DNA of 64,000 nucleotides from Eubacteriales bacterium (GTDB lineage Bacteria; Bacillota; Clostridia; Oscillospirales; CAG-272): NCBI GenBank assembly GCA_045629745.1, contig JAZQRU010000042.1, positions 100,039 to 164,038 of the forward strand, read 5' to 3'. Shown piece by piece: positions 34,787 to 43,358 of this stretch (position 1 is its first letter; each line of letters starts with the position of its first letter). The notes under the pieces were generated by a model. It saw only the letters and a program-made list of their open reading frames with translations, ran no database searches and was not told where the DNA came from. The position numbers and the translations under genes were made by a program.

Positions 34787-35317
34787 ATGGAAAGTAACGT
34801 TACGGAATACGCTTGTTCTCAGAAAAACGAGGGGAAGTGGCTTATCTATAAACTTCTTCTGCTTTTGCTATACGCAACTTATACTATAGTATATCTTTAC
34901 GTTATAGTCAAAATCGGTTTTGTGCCCCTCGGAGCTCTGATACCAATAACGCTTTGGATTATGATTTATTTCACCTGGCGCTACACAAGTCCCGATTATA
35001 AGTATACGATAGATGCAGGTGATTTAACGTTTTACGTAAGCTACGGAAAGAAAACGCACAAAAAATTTAAGGCGCACATAAAAGATGTAATAGCAATAGC
35101 TCCCCGTGAAAAAATACGCGAACATTTAAACGGTATAAAACCAAAAAAGATTTACAATGCATTGTCCTCAAAACACGAAAGCGACGCCTATGCAATAGTC
35201 TTCAAAAAGGAAACTAAAGTTTGCATTTTTTATTTAAAAGCGACACGGGATACGGTTAAAGCTTTGCATTATTACAATAAAAACACAGTAATTCAACCTT
35301 CAGAAGATAGTTTATGA
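34787..35317 (+). CDS. hypothetical membrane protein (2 TM + soluble C-terminal domain)
   Basis: 176-aa ORF behind TTGACA(34727-34732)-16 nt-TGaTAAAAT(34749-34754). Two clear hydrophobic helices. No family recognised. Confidence 0.6.
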   Translation: MESNVTEYACSQKNEGKWLIYKLLLLLLYATYTIVYLYVIVKIGFVPLGALIPITLWIMIYFTWRYTSPDYKYTIDAGDLTFYVSYGKKTHKKFKAHIKDVIAIAPREKIREHLNGIKPKKIYNALSSKHESDAYAIVFKKETKVCIFYLKATRDTVKALHYYNKNTVIQPSEDSL

Positions 35318-35669
35318 TTCATCTCTAAAATTTTCCATATCCAAATGACACCTCTAAAACAACGCCCTATTGCCTTGATGCCTAACAGCTACATAAACAC
35401 GTACGAGCTTCCCTCTTGCGTTGATAAAGATGCGATACTTAAAAAGTATAACGAATTCGGAATTCTCACATATCACACTATGGTAAATCACGTTCTGACT
35501 CTCTTGCCTAGGATACTCTCGGAATGTACTGAATTCCTAACGCTTACTATTCATTACATAAAAACTGATGGCACTTTATAGTTATTGACGGAAATTATTA
35601 TAAGTAGCTCACGCCTTCGGTTAAGGCAAAAAATCACAAATGGATTAAATAAAATTACATCACACAAAA

Positions 35670-35699
35670 AACGAGGATGCTTTTTACATCCTCGTTTTT
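35670..35699. terminator. bidirectional rho-independent terminator
   Basis: AACGAGGATG-cttttta-CATCCTCGTT flanked by an A tract upstream and a T tract downstream. It sits between convergent genes. Confidence 0.75.
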
Positions 35700-35735
35700 A
35701 TATTTTGTTTCTTAAAGGTTTTTCGTCATTTCAGC

Positions 35736-36212
35736 TTAATCAAATTCGCCTGTATCCATAGCCGCGTCTATTACCAAAACTACGCAAAGCGCGGTAAGCT
35801 CGTCTGCGTACGGAGCTATTTCGATAGAATACGTATCTGCCCAGGAAAGCCACTCTTTTCTTACAGTTGCAACGGGAAGATTATTGTCGTAAACCGCATA
35901 ATCGTGGTCAAAGAAATCGCCCTTCACTTCCCAGTTCGTGCCAAGTACGCTATAATGAGGATTAAAGAAGGTGAAGCGCTTAAGCACTTCCGCCACCTCT
36001 TTATCTCCGACAAAGATTTTATAGCGCGGCGAGAAGCTGAAAATTCTTTGCTTTATAAATGCGACTTCATTACCGTAAGAATCGCGCACGTGAAGGCGCT
36101 TGCCAAATGAAAACAATTCGCCCTCAACCGAGTATTTCTCTTTTCCCCACTCGTCGTAAACGAAGAATTTATCTTTAAAGGAAAACAGCTTTTGTTTTAA
36201 ATAAAGCTTCAT
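35736..36212 (-). CDS. LURP-one-related / tubby-C-like (DUF567, YxjI-like) protein
   Basis: MKLYLKQKLFSFKDKFFVYDEWGKEKY...FSFGKRLHV.D..G.EVAFIKQ pattern is typical of the family. AGGAG RBS 7 nt before the ATG at 36212. The longer track start would overlap the upstream gene. Confidence 0.65.
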   Translation of the reverse strand: MKLYLKQKLFSFKDKFFVYDEWGKEKYSVEGELFSFGKRLHVRDSYGNEVAFIKQRIFSFSPRYKIFVGDKEVAEVLKRFTFFNPHYSVLGTNWEVKGDFFDHDYAVYDNNLPVATVRKEWLSWADTYSIEIAPYADELTALCVVLVIDAAMDTGEFD

Positions 36213-36222
36213 AAAAAAACTC

Positions 36223-37287
36223 CTATGCTTTAATTTCAAAAAGTTTATCGAGTATTTTTATCATAGCCTGTGCCATACTGAAAAATCCGAAGTCGTTGGG
36301 GTGACAACCGTCAACCGTTCCGTTGTCCTCGCAAAGCGCGAAAAGCTCTCTTGAGGATATAAAGTATACATTCTTGTCACCGTTTTCAACTGCGAAATTA
36401 TAAGTATCCTTGATTATTCTGTTTCTGAGGTCGCGCTCATTCTGCTCCTTGGAGAAGAAACGGGGGCGCGCCATCATTATGATGGGAATATCGGGATTTG
36501 CGCGTCTTACCGCCTCGTAAATAGGCTTATGAGTTTCGCGAAGGTGGTCTGCGCTCGGCGTGTTGAAATCATAGTCATAGAGGAATGCCGACATAGGAAG
36601 CGTTGCAATATAGTCCTTCATTGCGACCTCGCCCTTTGCATTTCCTGAAAAGCCGAGGTTTATAAAATCGGCATCATATCGCCTTGAAATTACGGCTTGA
36701 TAAGCATTGCCGGGGCGAGATGCACAACCGCCCTGCGTTATAGACGAGCCGTAGGAAACTATCGGGAGCTTTACTCTATAGTCAGGTGCGGACTTAATTG
36801 AGTAATCCGCGTTAATTCCTATGTAAACTTCATTTACCCCGTTGTAAAGCGGAAAATTTATCGTTATAAGTCTTTCCTTCTGCTCAGAGAAATCCACGAC
36901 TCCGTCAAAAGTCTCGGCAGAGGTCGGAATGAAGCTCTTTGTGTAGCACTCGTGTCCGTCGTTGTTAACGTACATATCAAAGCCAGCAGAGCCTGAGCGC
37001 GGCATATGCGACATAAAGCCAACGTTTGGGTAAACCACCTTAAGAATAACGTAGGGGCTATCTGTTATAAAACGTATTCTTCCGCCTGCGGTAGACTTTG
37101 CAAGAGATATAAGTCCTTCACTCGTGTTTTCCGCAACGTCAACAGGAACGCGTCTGTAGCACTCACCGTCGTGCCACACACCGTAAAGATTTATCGGAGC
37201 TTCTTTTGCATCGTAAAACTTGATGTTTTCTCTTTCAATATTCGTTTCTATCACAAAATTTTTATCAATACTTGCAATATCCGACAT
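36223..37287 (-). CDS. SGNH/GDSL-family hydrolase with N-terminal beta-sandwich-like domain (copy 2)
   Basis: Block I SYGSSITQG (Ser nucleophile) and block V DGCHPND (Asp-x-x-His). About 75% identical by eye to the neighbouring gene. Confidence 0.75.
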   Translation of the reverse strand: MSDIASIDKNFVIETNIERENIKFYDAKEAPINLYGVWHDGECYRRVPVDVAENTSEGLISLAKSTAGGRIRFITDSPYVILKVVYPNVGFMSHMPRSGSAGFDMYVNNDGHECYTKSFIPTSAETFDGVVDFSEQKERLITINFPLYNGVNEVYIGINADYSIKSAPDYRVKLPIVSYGSSITQGGCASRPGNAYQAVISRRYDADFINLGFSGNAKGEVAMKDYIATLPMSAFLYDYDFNTPSADHLRETHKPIYEAVRRANPDIPIIMMARPRFFSKEQNERDLRNRIIKDTYNFAVENGDKNVYFISSRELFALCEDNGTVDGCHPNDFGFFSMAQAMIKILDKLFEIKA

Positions 37288-37332
37288 ATTTTTTCACCTC
37301 TGATGTTTTATTTATATGTTTGTAATTTTTCT

Positions 37333-38403
37333 TCATTTTGTTTTTGCTTCAAAAAGCTTATCTAACACTCTAATCATAGCCTGCGCCATACTGAAAAATC
37401 CAAGATCTGTGGGGTGGCATCCGTCAACAGTTCCATGGTCCTCACAAAGCGCCATAAGCTCGTGTGAGGGAATAAAATACACGTTATCGTCTCCGTTTGC
37501 TTTGGCAAAATCGTAGGTAGCCTTGACTATTTCATTACGGATTTCAATGTCACGGGTGTAGAAAAATTCAGGACGCGGTATCATAAGAATCGGAATATCG
37601 GGATGCGCGGCTCTCACAGCCTCATAGATAGGCTTATGAGTTGCTCTTAAGTCGTCAGGGGTCGTAGCATTATGGTCGTAATCTAAAATAAAACAAGACA
37701 TAGGAAGTGAGGCAATGTAGTTTTTCATTACTTCCTCACCCTTAGCCCTTCCTGAAAATCCGAGATTTATAAAATCGGCATCGTATCTTCTTGAAATCAC
37801 TGCCTGATAAGCATTCCCCGGGCGAGATGCGCAAGCGCCCTGCGTTATAGACGAGCCGTAGGAAACCATCGGAAGCTTTACCGAGTAATCGGGCGCGGGT
37901 TTAATTGAATAATCACCGTTAATTCCTACGTATACTTCGTTTACCTCGTTGTAAAGCGGGAAATTTATCGTTATAAGCCTTTCCTTTTTCTCAGAAAAAT
38001 CCAGAATGCCGTCAAAAACCGTTTCACCCGTCGCAATAAAGCTTTTTGCGTAGCATTCTCTTCCGTCTTTGTTAACGTACATATCAAAGCCAGCAGAACC
38101 GGAACGTGGCATGTCCAACATGAGACCAACACTTGGATAAACAACCTTTAAAACAACGTACGGGCTATCGGTTATAAAGCGGAGTCTTCCTCCCGCAGTG
38201 TGACGCGAAAGTACTGCAACTCCGGAGCTTGTGCTTTCTGCAACGTCCGCGGGAACGCGTCTGTAGCACTCTCCGTCGTGCCATACGCCAAAAAGTCTTA
38301 TCGGAGCTTCTTTTGCGTCGTAGAACTTAATGTTTTCTCTTTCAATATTGGTTTCAATTGTAAAATTCTTATCAATACTGCTAATATCGGACATATTTTT
38401 CAC
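37333..38403 (-). CDS. SGNH/GDSL-family hydrolase with N-terminal beta-sandwich-like domain (copy 1)
   Basis: SYGSSITQG and DGCHPTD motifs. Tandem paralogue of 36223-37287. The true start could be the Met 3 codons downstream. Confidence 0.75.
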   Translation of the reverse strand: MKNMSDISSIDKNFTIETNIERENIKFYDAKEAPIRLFGVWHDGECYRRVPADVAESTSSGVAVLSRHTAGGRLRFITDSPYVVLKVVYPSVGLMLDMPRSGSAGFDMYVNKDGRECYAKSFIATGETVFDGILDFSEKKERLITINFPLYNEVNEVYVGINGDYSIKPAPDYSVKLPMVSYGSSITQGACASRPGNAYQAVISRRYDADFINLGFSGRAKGEEVMKNYIASLPMSCFILDYDHNATTPDDLRATHKPIYEAVRAAHPDIPILMIPRPEFFYTRDIEIRNEIVKATYDFAKANGDDNVYFIPSHELMALCEDHGTVDGCHPTDLGFFSMAQAMIRVLDKLFEAKTK

Positions 38404-38459
38404 CTTCTAGATTAGTTTGTTTTATTTTATCACATAGTCTCACTAAAGTCAACAGAGTA

Positions 38460-38488
38460 TTGACAAAAATAGAAAAAGATTATATAAT
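38460..38488 (+). promoter_or_regulatory. sigma-A-type promoter of rsmG
   Basis: TTGACA 38460-38465, 17 nt, TATAAT 38483-38488. Confidence 0.65.
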
Positions 38489-38517
38489 TATTTCAACTCA
38501 AATTAAAGGAAAAAGCT

Positions 38518-39255
38518 ATGCTTATCAATGAAAACGAATTCAAGTCGCAGCTTGCCAAGGTTTTTAAGCTCTGCGGTGTATCCTCGCTTTTAAATGCCGA
38601 CAAAAGCAACAAATTCTTTAAGCTTACCGTAAGAATGCTTGAAGAAAATGAAAAATATAATCTTACCGCAATAACAGACGTTAATAAAATAATACTCAAC
38701 CACTACGCCGACTGTGCCGTCCCGCTTTCAAAAATCAAAAAGGGCGCACGCATTATAGACATCGGCTGCGGTGCAGGATTTCCAACTCTTCCCTTTGCGA
38801 TTTTAAGAGAGGACTTGAAAATCACCGCTATGGATTCGACGGCAAAAAGAGTAGCATACGTTGAGGAAAGCGCAAAGCTTTTGAACCTTAACAACGTCAC
38901 CGCCATTACAATGAGAGCCGAAGACGGCGCAAGTCTTCCCGAATACAGAGAAAATTTCGACTACGCAACGGCGCGCGCCGTAGCAAATATGCAGGTGCTT
39001 ACCGAGCTTTGCCTGCCATACGTTAAGGTCGGCGGCGAATTTCTCGCAATGAAAGGTAAAAATGCCGCGTTTGAGCTTCGAGATGCAAAACGCGCGATTG
39101 CAATTCTTGGCGGCGGGGCATCAAAAATCGAAGAGATAAAGCTCACAGACGGAGAACTTAAAGAGGAGCATCCTCTCGTAATAGTTGAGAAAAAAGCAAA
39201 AACCCCTGCGGCATATCCGCGCCCCTATGCAAAAATAGCAAAAAAGCCTTTATAA
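38518..39255 (+). CDS. rsmG: 16S rRNA (guanine527-N7)-methyltransferase
   Basis: 245 aa. SAM motif IIDIGCGAGFPTLP. Typical GidB length and C-terminal YPR..AKI.K.PL tail. Confidence 0.85.
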   Translation: MLINENEFKSQLAKVFKLCGVSSLLNADKSNKFFKLTVRMLEENEKYNLTAITDVNKIILNHYADCAVPLSKIKKGARIIDIGCGAGFPTLPFAILREDLKITAMDSTAKRVAYVEESAKLLNLNNVTAITMRAEDGASLPEYRENFDYATARAVANMQVLTELCLPYVKVGGEFLAMKGKNAAFELRDAKRAIAILGGGASKIEEIKLTDGELKEEHPLVIVEKKAKTPAAYPRPYAKIAKKPL

Positions 39256-39365
39256 CAAAAAATGCGAAGGATGCGTTAATCTTTCGCATTTTTTGCATCT
39301 TCCCACTTTTGACATAATATGCGCCCCGTTTGATGTAGAATAAAGACAAAGGACGGTGAAAATTT

Positions 39366-39836
39366 ATGAATATGTTTGAAGAAGCAAGAGCAATATCGGG
39401 AATGCTTGCAATGAAAAAAATGACGCAAAACGAGATAGCAAAGCTTTTTGGCACGAGTCAATCTTACATAGCCAACAAAATAAGACTTCTTAAGCTTCCC
39501 GAAAGAGTGCAGAGTGAAATCTTAAGGAATGCTCTTTCGGAAAGGCACGCAAGAGCGCTTTTAAGGCTTGAAAATGAAACGGAAATATTAGCAACACTTG
39601 AAAAAATCGTTGCAATGAAGCTCTCAGTTGCACAGAGCGAGGCGCTTATTGATGCTCATATCGAAAAGTCATTGCCAAAAATGCTTGAGTTTGAAAGTCC
39701 CGCCTCGGGCATTGCAAGATTTGAAGAAATACTGAACAAATCAATGAAAAGCCTGAAAGGACTTGGACTAGACGTTGACGTAAGAACGAGCTTTTTCGGA
39801 AGAACCAAATACATAACCATTTCAATTCCCGAATAA
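39366..39836 (+). CDS. ParB/Noc-family HTH-domain protein lacking the N-terminal ParB (CTPase) domain
   Basis: 156 aa. MTQNEIAKLFGTSQSYIANKIRLLKLPERVQSEI...LSERHARALLRL matches the ParB/Spo0J HTH core. No GERRxRA-type N-terminal domain is present. Confidence 0.6.
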   Translation: MNMFEEARAISGMLAMKKMTQNEIAKLFGTSQSYIANKIRLLKLPERVQSEILRNALSERHARALLRLENETEILATLEKIVAMKLSVAQSEALIDAHIEKSLPKMLEFESPASGIARFEEILNKSMKSLKGLGLDVDVRTSFFGRTKYITISIPE

Positions 39837-39916
39837 CGCAAACAATTGTTTGAAAAAACATAAAAACTCCCGAGCGACGTTTTAGTCAAAATCGGGAGTT
39901 TTTTTAACAAGGGTTA

Positions 39917-42043
39917 TCACTCAAGCAAAACCTTTGTTATTCCGAGCTTGCTATGTCCGAGAACTCTTATTATATCGGCAAGAAGCTCGGATTCACTTTC
40001 GGGTATTTTAACGAATTCAAGTCTTACCATATAATTGTCTGGAATAGTCGCCTTTATTTTCATATAGACGTTTTCTTTGCCGAAATATTTAACCGTGGTT
40101 ACTATTATGTCCTGTATACGCTTCGTTATGTTAGGATCTACGGGATGACGGAAGCTTATATCCGCAACCTTGCTAACGTAGCGCGCGGGTACAGATTTCT
40201 CGGGTTCGCTTTCCGCTTTCAAGGGAGAAGACTCTTCCTTGGGAGCTTCCTCGGCGGGAAGAGGCACTGCCTTTAAAACAGGCTCTTTGACTTTAGCGCT
40301 TTCCGCTTCCTCGGAATATACGGGCTTGTCCTCGTCGCCTTTTTGCAAAATTGCAAGCCTTGCCGCCTCGGCAAGTCTATCTCTTTCCTCGCGGCGCTTT
40401 GCAGCATCAAGATTTTCAATAAGGGTTGCGCGCTCGCGGCGAGCTTCCTCTATTTTCTTTTCATAGCTTGCTACAAGCTCCGAGAGTCTTTCCTTTTCCG
40501 CCTCTGCCTCGTTAAGCTTTTGTGAAAGCTCTTCATTGACTTGCTTAAGGCTTTCGATTTCGATTTCCCTCTCGCTAAGCTCGTCATAGGTCTCGCCAAG
40601 CGTAAAAATAGGAGGATTTGAAGAAAAGGCTTGTTCATACGAGCTTTCTTCGTAAGCCTCTTCACTCTCCACTTCGTTTACCATTTCTTCGATTTCTTCG
40701 GAAGCGAGCCCTTCTTCAAAAGCTGCTTCTTCGGTCTGTTCCGAATAAGACTCTTCGCTTTTCTCACAAGGCTCTTCGTCACTGTCTTCGCCTAAGTCTT
40801 CTTCTATATCAAAGGGCGGAACCTCGTCGCCATTTTCTTTCTCTTTGGGCAATAAATCTTCACCCGTAGTGCCGTTTTCTTCGCCATTTCCGGAAATAAG
40901 CGCGCGCAGAAGCTCGGTTATATCGGGGTTTATCTCCTCTTCTTCCTCTTCGCTTTCCTCGGGCAAATTCACGTTATAACCCTCAAGAACGCTTTGAAGC
41001 TTTAAGGATATTTCGCTATCAAAAGCATCTTCTTTTTCAGGCTCGGCAGCCTTAGGCATCTCGCTTGCAAGTTCTCTCGGCGGCTCTGCCGGCAATTCAA
41101 CAAACTTTTGCGGGATATTCGTGCTTTCTGGTACGGTATTAACATTTTCGATAGGCTTCTCAAAAGGCGAAAGCTCAACAACCTCACCACGCTTGATAAC
41201 GCGCTTCACAAGCTCGCGCCATTCCGTGAAATTCTTACGGCTCATAGCGTTTTTATATTCACCGTGTCCTGCCGTTCTTATAAGATATCTGTATTCTCTT
41301 TCTCGGATTTTATCGGGAACCACGTCGCAAAGCTCAAAAAGAACCTCACCCTCGCTAACGCGGCTTGAAACCGTATACGTACCTTTTCCGTCAAGACGTG
41401 TCCACTTGATCCAAAGGTCGCGCTTCGAGCAGGCGCTTGCGGAAATCAAAACTCTCCTGTAGCTTACGTTATCAACAACGTGCTCCATAAAGGTTTCGGG
41501 AAGAAATGCAAGAGCAATTTCAAGAGTGCTGTCCGCAATGCCCGAAATCCCGAATTCCTTTTCAAGAGCGTGCGTCAAGCCCTCCCTCATAAATTCAACG
41601 AAAGTCTGAGAATATCTACCCGAGAGAAACGTATTGCTCGGTGCTGCGGCTTCTATACTTAATTTAATAGAGTTTTTTGCAAAAAACGGCACCCGTCCCT
41701 TAAGTTTTTCCTCTATTGTCTCGGGAGCATTGTCAGATATTTCGATATTCAACGGCTCTTTGCCAAGATATGCGTAGGGGATGGAGCTTTCAAACCTTTT
41801 GGCGTCGCATCTCCAAGACGCGAAGACGCGCGAAAAGCATCCCTTTTCAATAAGCGTCAAGGGACAGTAAAAAATTCCGTTTGCCATAAGAGAATCCGAG
41901 AGATAGTCCTCGTAAATTACTACCTCGTCTGCATAGGGAAACTTCTCTAAAAGCTTAGGAAGTGCTATTTTGTTAAAGCTTTCAACAAAGCTCTCGCTTG
42001 CCGTTTCGGCAACGATTTTGTTATACAAAAGATTTGCGCGCAC
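39917..42043 (-). CDS. hypothetical protein: globular N-domain, long acidic low-complexity region, coiled coil, compact C-domain
   Basis: 708-aa ORF with no signal peptide. EEEEEE/acidic tract, heptad-like EELSQKLNEAEAEKERLSELVASYEKKIEEARRE. No family recognised. Confidence 0.7.
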   Translation of the reverse strand: MRANLLYNKIVAETASESFVESFNKIALPKLLEKFPYADEVVIYEDYLSDSLMANGIFYCPLTLIEKGCFSRVFASWRCDAKRFESSIPYAYLGKEPLNIEISDNAPETIEEKLKGRVPFFAKNSIKLSIEAAAPSNTFLSGRYSQTFVEFMREGLTHALEKEFGISGIADSTLEIALAFLPETFMEHVVDNVSYRRVLISASACSKRDLWIKWTRLDGKGTYTVSSRVSEGEVLFELCDVVPDKIREREYRYLIRTAGHGEYKNAMSRKNFTEWRELVKRVIKRGEVVELSPFEKPIENVNTVPESTNIPQKFVELPAEPPRELASEMPKAAEPEKEDAFDSEISLKLQSVLEGYNVNLPEESEEEEEEINPDITELLRALISGNGEENGTTGEDLLPKEKENGDEVPPFDIEEDLGEDSDEEPCEKSEESYSEQTEEAAFEEGLASEEIEEMVNEVESEEAYEESSYEQAFSSNPPIFTLGETYDELSEREIEIESLKQVNEELSQKLNEAEAEKERLSELVASYEKKIEEARRERATLIENLDAAKRREERDRLAEAARLAILQKGDEDKPVYSEEAESAKVKEPVLKAVPLPAEEAPKEESSPLKAESEPEKSVPARYVSKVADISFRHPVDPNITKRIQDIIVTTVKYFGKENVYMKIKATIPDNYMVRLEFVKIPESESELLADIIRVLGHSKLGITKVLLE

Positions 42044-42185
42044 CGTTTATCCTCCGCAAAATACATTTATTCATTATCTATTTTATCACAGAGCTTTTAA
42101 AATTGCAAGAATTTTGTATAAATTTAAAGATTTTATTGAAAATGAGGAGCAACTATGGTAAAATACGAGAGAAAGGAGTGATTTT

Positions 42186-42848
42186 TTGAAAATAATTGCA
42201 AAAATCCATACCAGTTTTAAGGAAAAATTCGGCATTCCTCGCCAAAGCGGTCTTGCCGCTGCGAAAGGTAAGATAGTTTTTGAAAAGGCATATAGAAACC
42301 CCGATGCTCTTCGCGGAATCGAGGAATATTCGCATCTTTGGATTATATGGCAATTTTCCGAATCCATAAGAGAAAATTTCACTCCTACGGTACGTCCGCC
42401 AAGGCTCGGCGGAAACAAAAAGGTCGGTGTTTTTGCGACACGCTCCCCATTTAGACCTAATCCTATAGGGCTTTCTTCAGTTAAGCTTATCTCAGTAAAA
42501 GAAGAGGCGGGACTCGGCACGGTTATATATGTCGAGGGCGCAGATATGCTTGATGGCACTCCGATTTACGATATAAAGCCGTATATTACCTACACAGACT
42601 CTCACCCCGACGCAAAAAGCTCTTTTGCGGGAAGAGAGTTTGGAAAAAGGCTTGATGTTAATATCCCCGAGCCGCTTCTTGCAAAGCTTTCGAAAGAAGA
42701 CGCGAAAGAGATTTCCGCGCTTCTCGAAGAGGATCCGCGTCCGTCTTATCAAGAAGACAGCTCACGCGAATACGGAATGATTTTCGGAAAAAGAGAAATC
42801 TTTTTTAAGGTTGATAAAAATAAGCTTTACGTTACGGGAATTAAATAA
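42186..42848 (+). CDS. trmO: tRNA (t6A37-N6)-methyltransferase TrmO (TsaA/YaeB family)
   Basis: IHTSFKEKFGIPRQSGL...HLWIIWQF...RPPRLGGNKKVGVFATRSPFRPNPIGLS...DGTPIYDIKPY family signature. TTG start with an AAAGGAG RBS. Confidence 0.85.
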   Translation: MKIIAKIHTSFKEKFGIPRQSGLAAAKGKIVFEKAYRNPDALRGIEEYSHLWIIWQFSESIRENFTPTVRPPRLGGNKKVGVFATRSPFRPNPIGLSSVKLISVKEEAGLGTVIYVEGADMLDGTPIYDIKPYITYTDSHPDAKSSFAGREFGKRLDVNIPEPLLAKLSKEDAKEISALLEEDPRPSYQEDSSREYGMIFGKREIFFKVDKNKLYVTGIK

Positions 42849-42931
42849 GCGCGTTTTTGCAAAATTCACAAATTGACGTTGACGAAAAACGGTTTTTATG
42901 GTATATATAAAACGTTTGCATAGATAAAACA

Positions 42932-43051
42932 ATGAAAGCCTTTAGGAAATTTGCTATAATTTCTATGCTTTTCGCTATAATATTTTCCGCCATTTACTGT
43001 GGCGGCCCGCAAGAGCCTTGCGAGCATATTGACGACGACGTGGACAACTAA
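42932..43051 (+). CDS. 39-aa mini-lipoprotein-like ORF (possibly a relic N-terminus)
   Basis: Own promoter (TTGACG 42879-42884, 17 nt, TGgTATATA 42902-42907) and a downstream hairpin (43072-43103). Signal-peptide-like MKAFRKFAIISMLFAIIFSAIYC. No Shine-Dalgarno sequence. Confidence 0.3.
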   Translation: MKAFRKFAIISMLFAIIFSAIYCGGPQEPCEHIDDDVDN

Positions 43052-43358
43052 AAAAACGAATACGGAAAACAAAAAGGTAGAGGCTAAATTTAACCTCTAC
43101 CTTTAAAATATTTTCAATCAAGTCACATAGTCGCTTATTGTCGGGGATTAACCCCTTCGCAAGCTCCTTGCTTTATTGACTTCGCATCGTAAAAACGTTA
43201 CTTAATCGTTTTTTACTTGCTCACATTTCCTGCCTTGCCAAAACATCAAAGCCTCGGGCAAAGAGATTTTGAGAGACTTTTTTCGTTTTCCGAGCCGAAG
43301 CTGTATATAATACTGCAAGCGTGAGGAAACGGAAAAATCACAAAAATATCAAAGCCGA

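Noticed and set aside
35345-35581. 78-aa plus-strand ORF downstream of the small membrane protein gene.
   Set aside because: No Shine-Dalgarno sequence precedes the ATG and no motif is recognised. It could be real because it lies before the 35670-35699 terminator, but I cannot support it.
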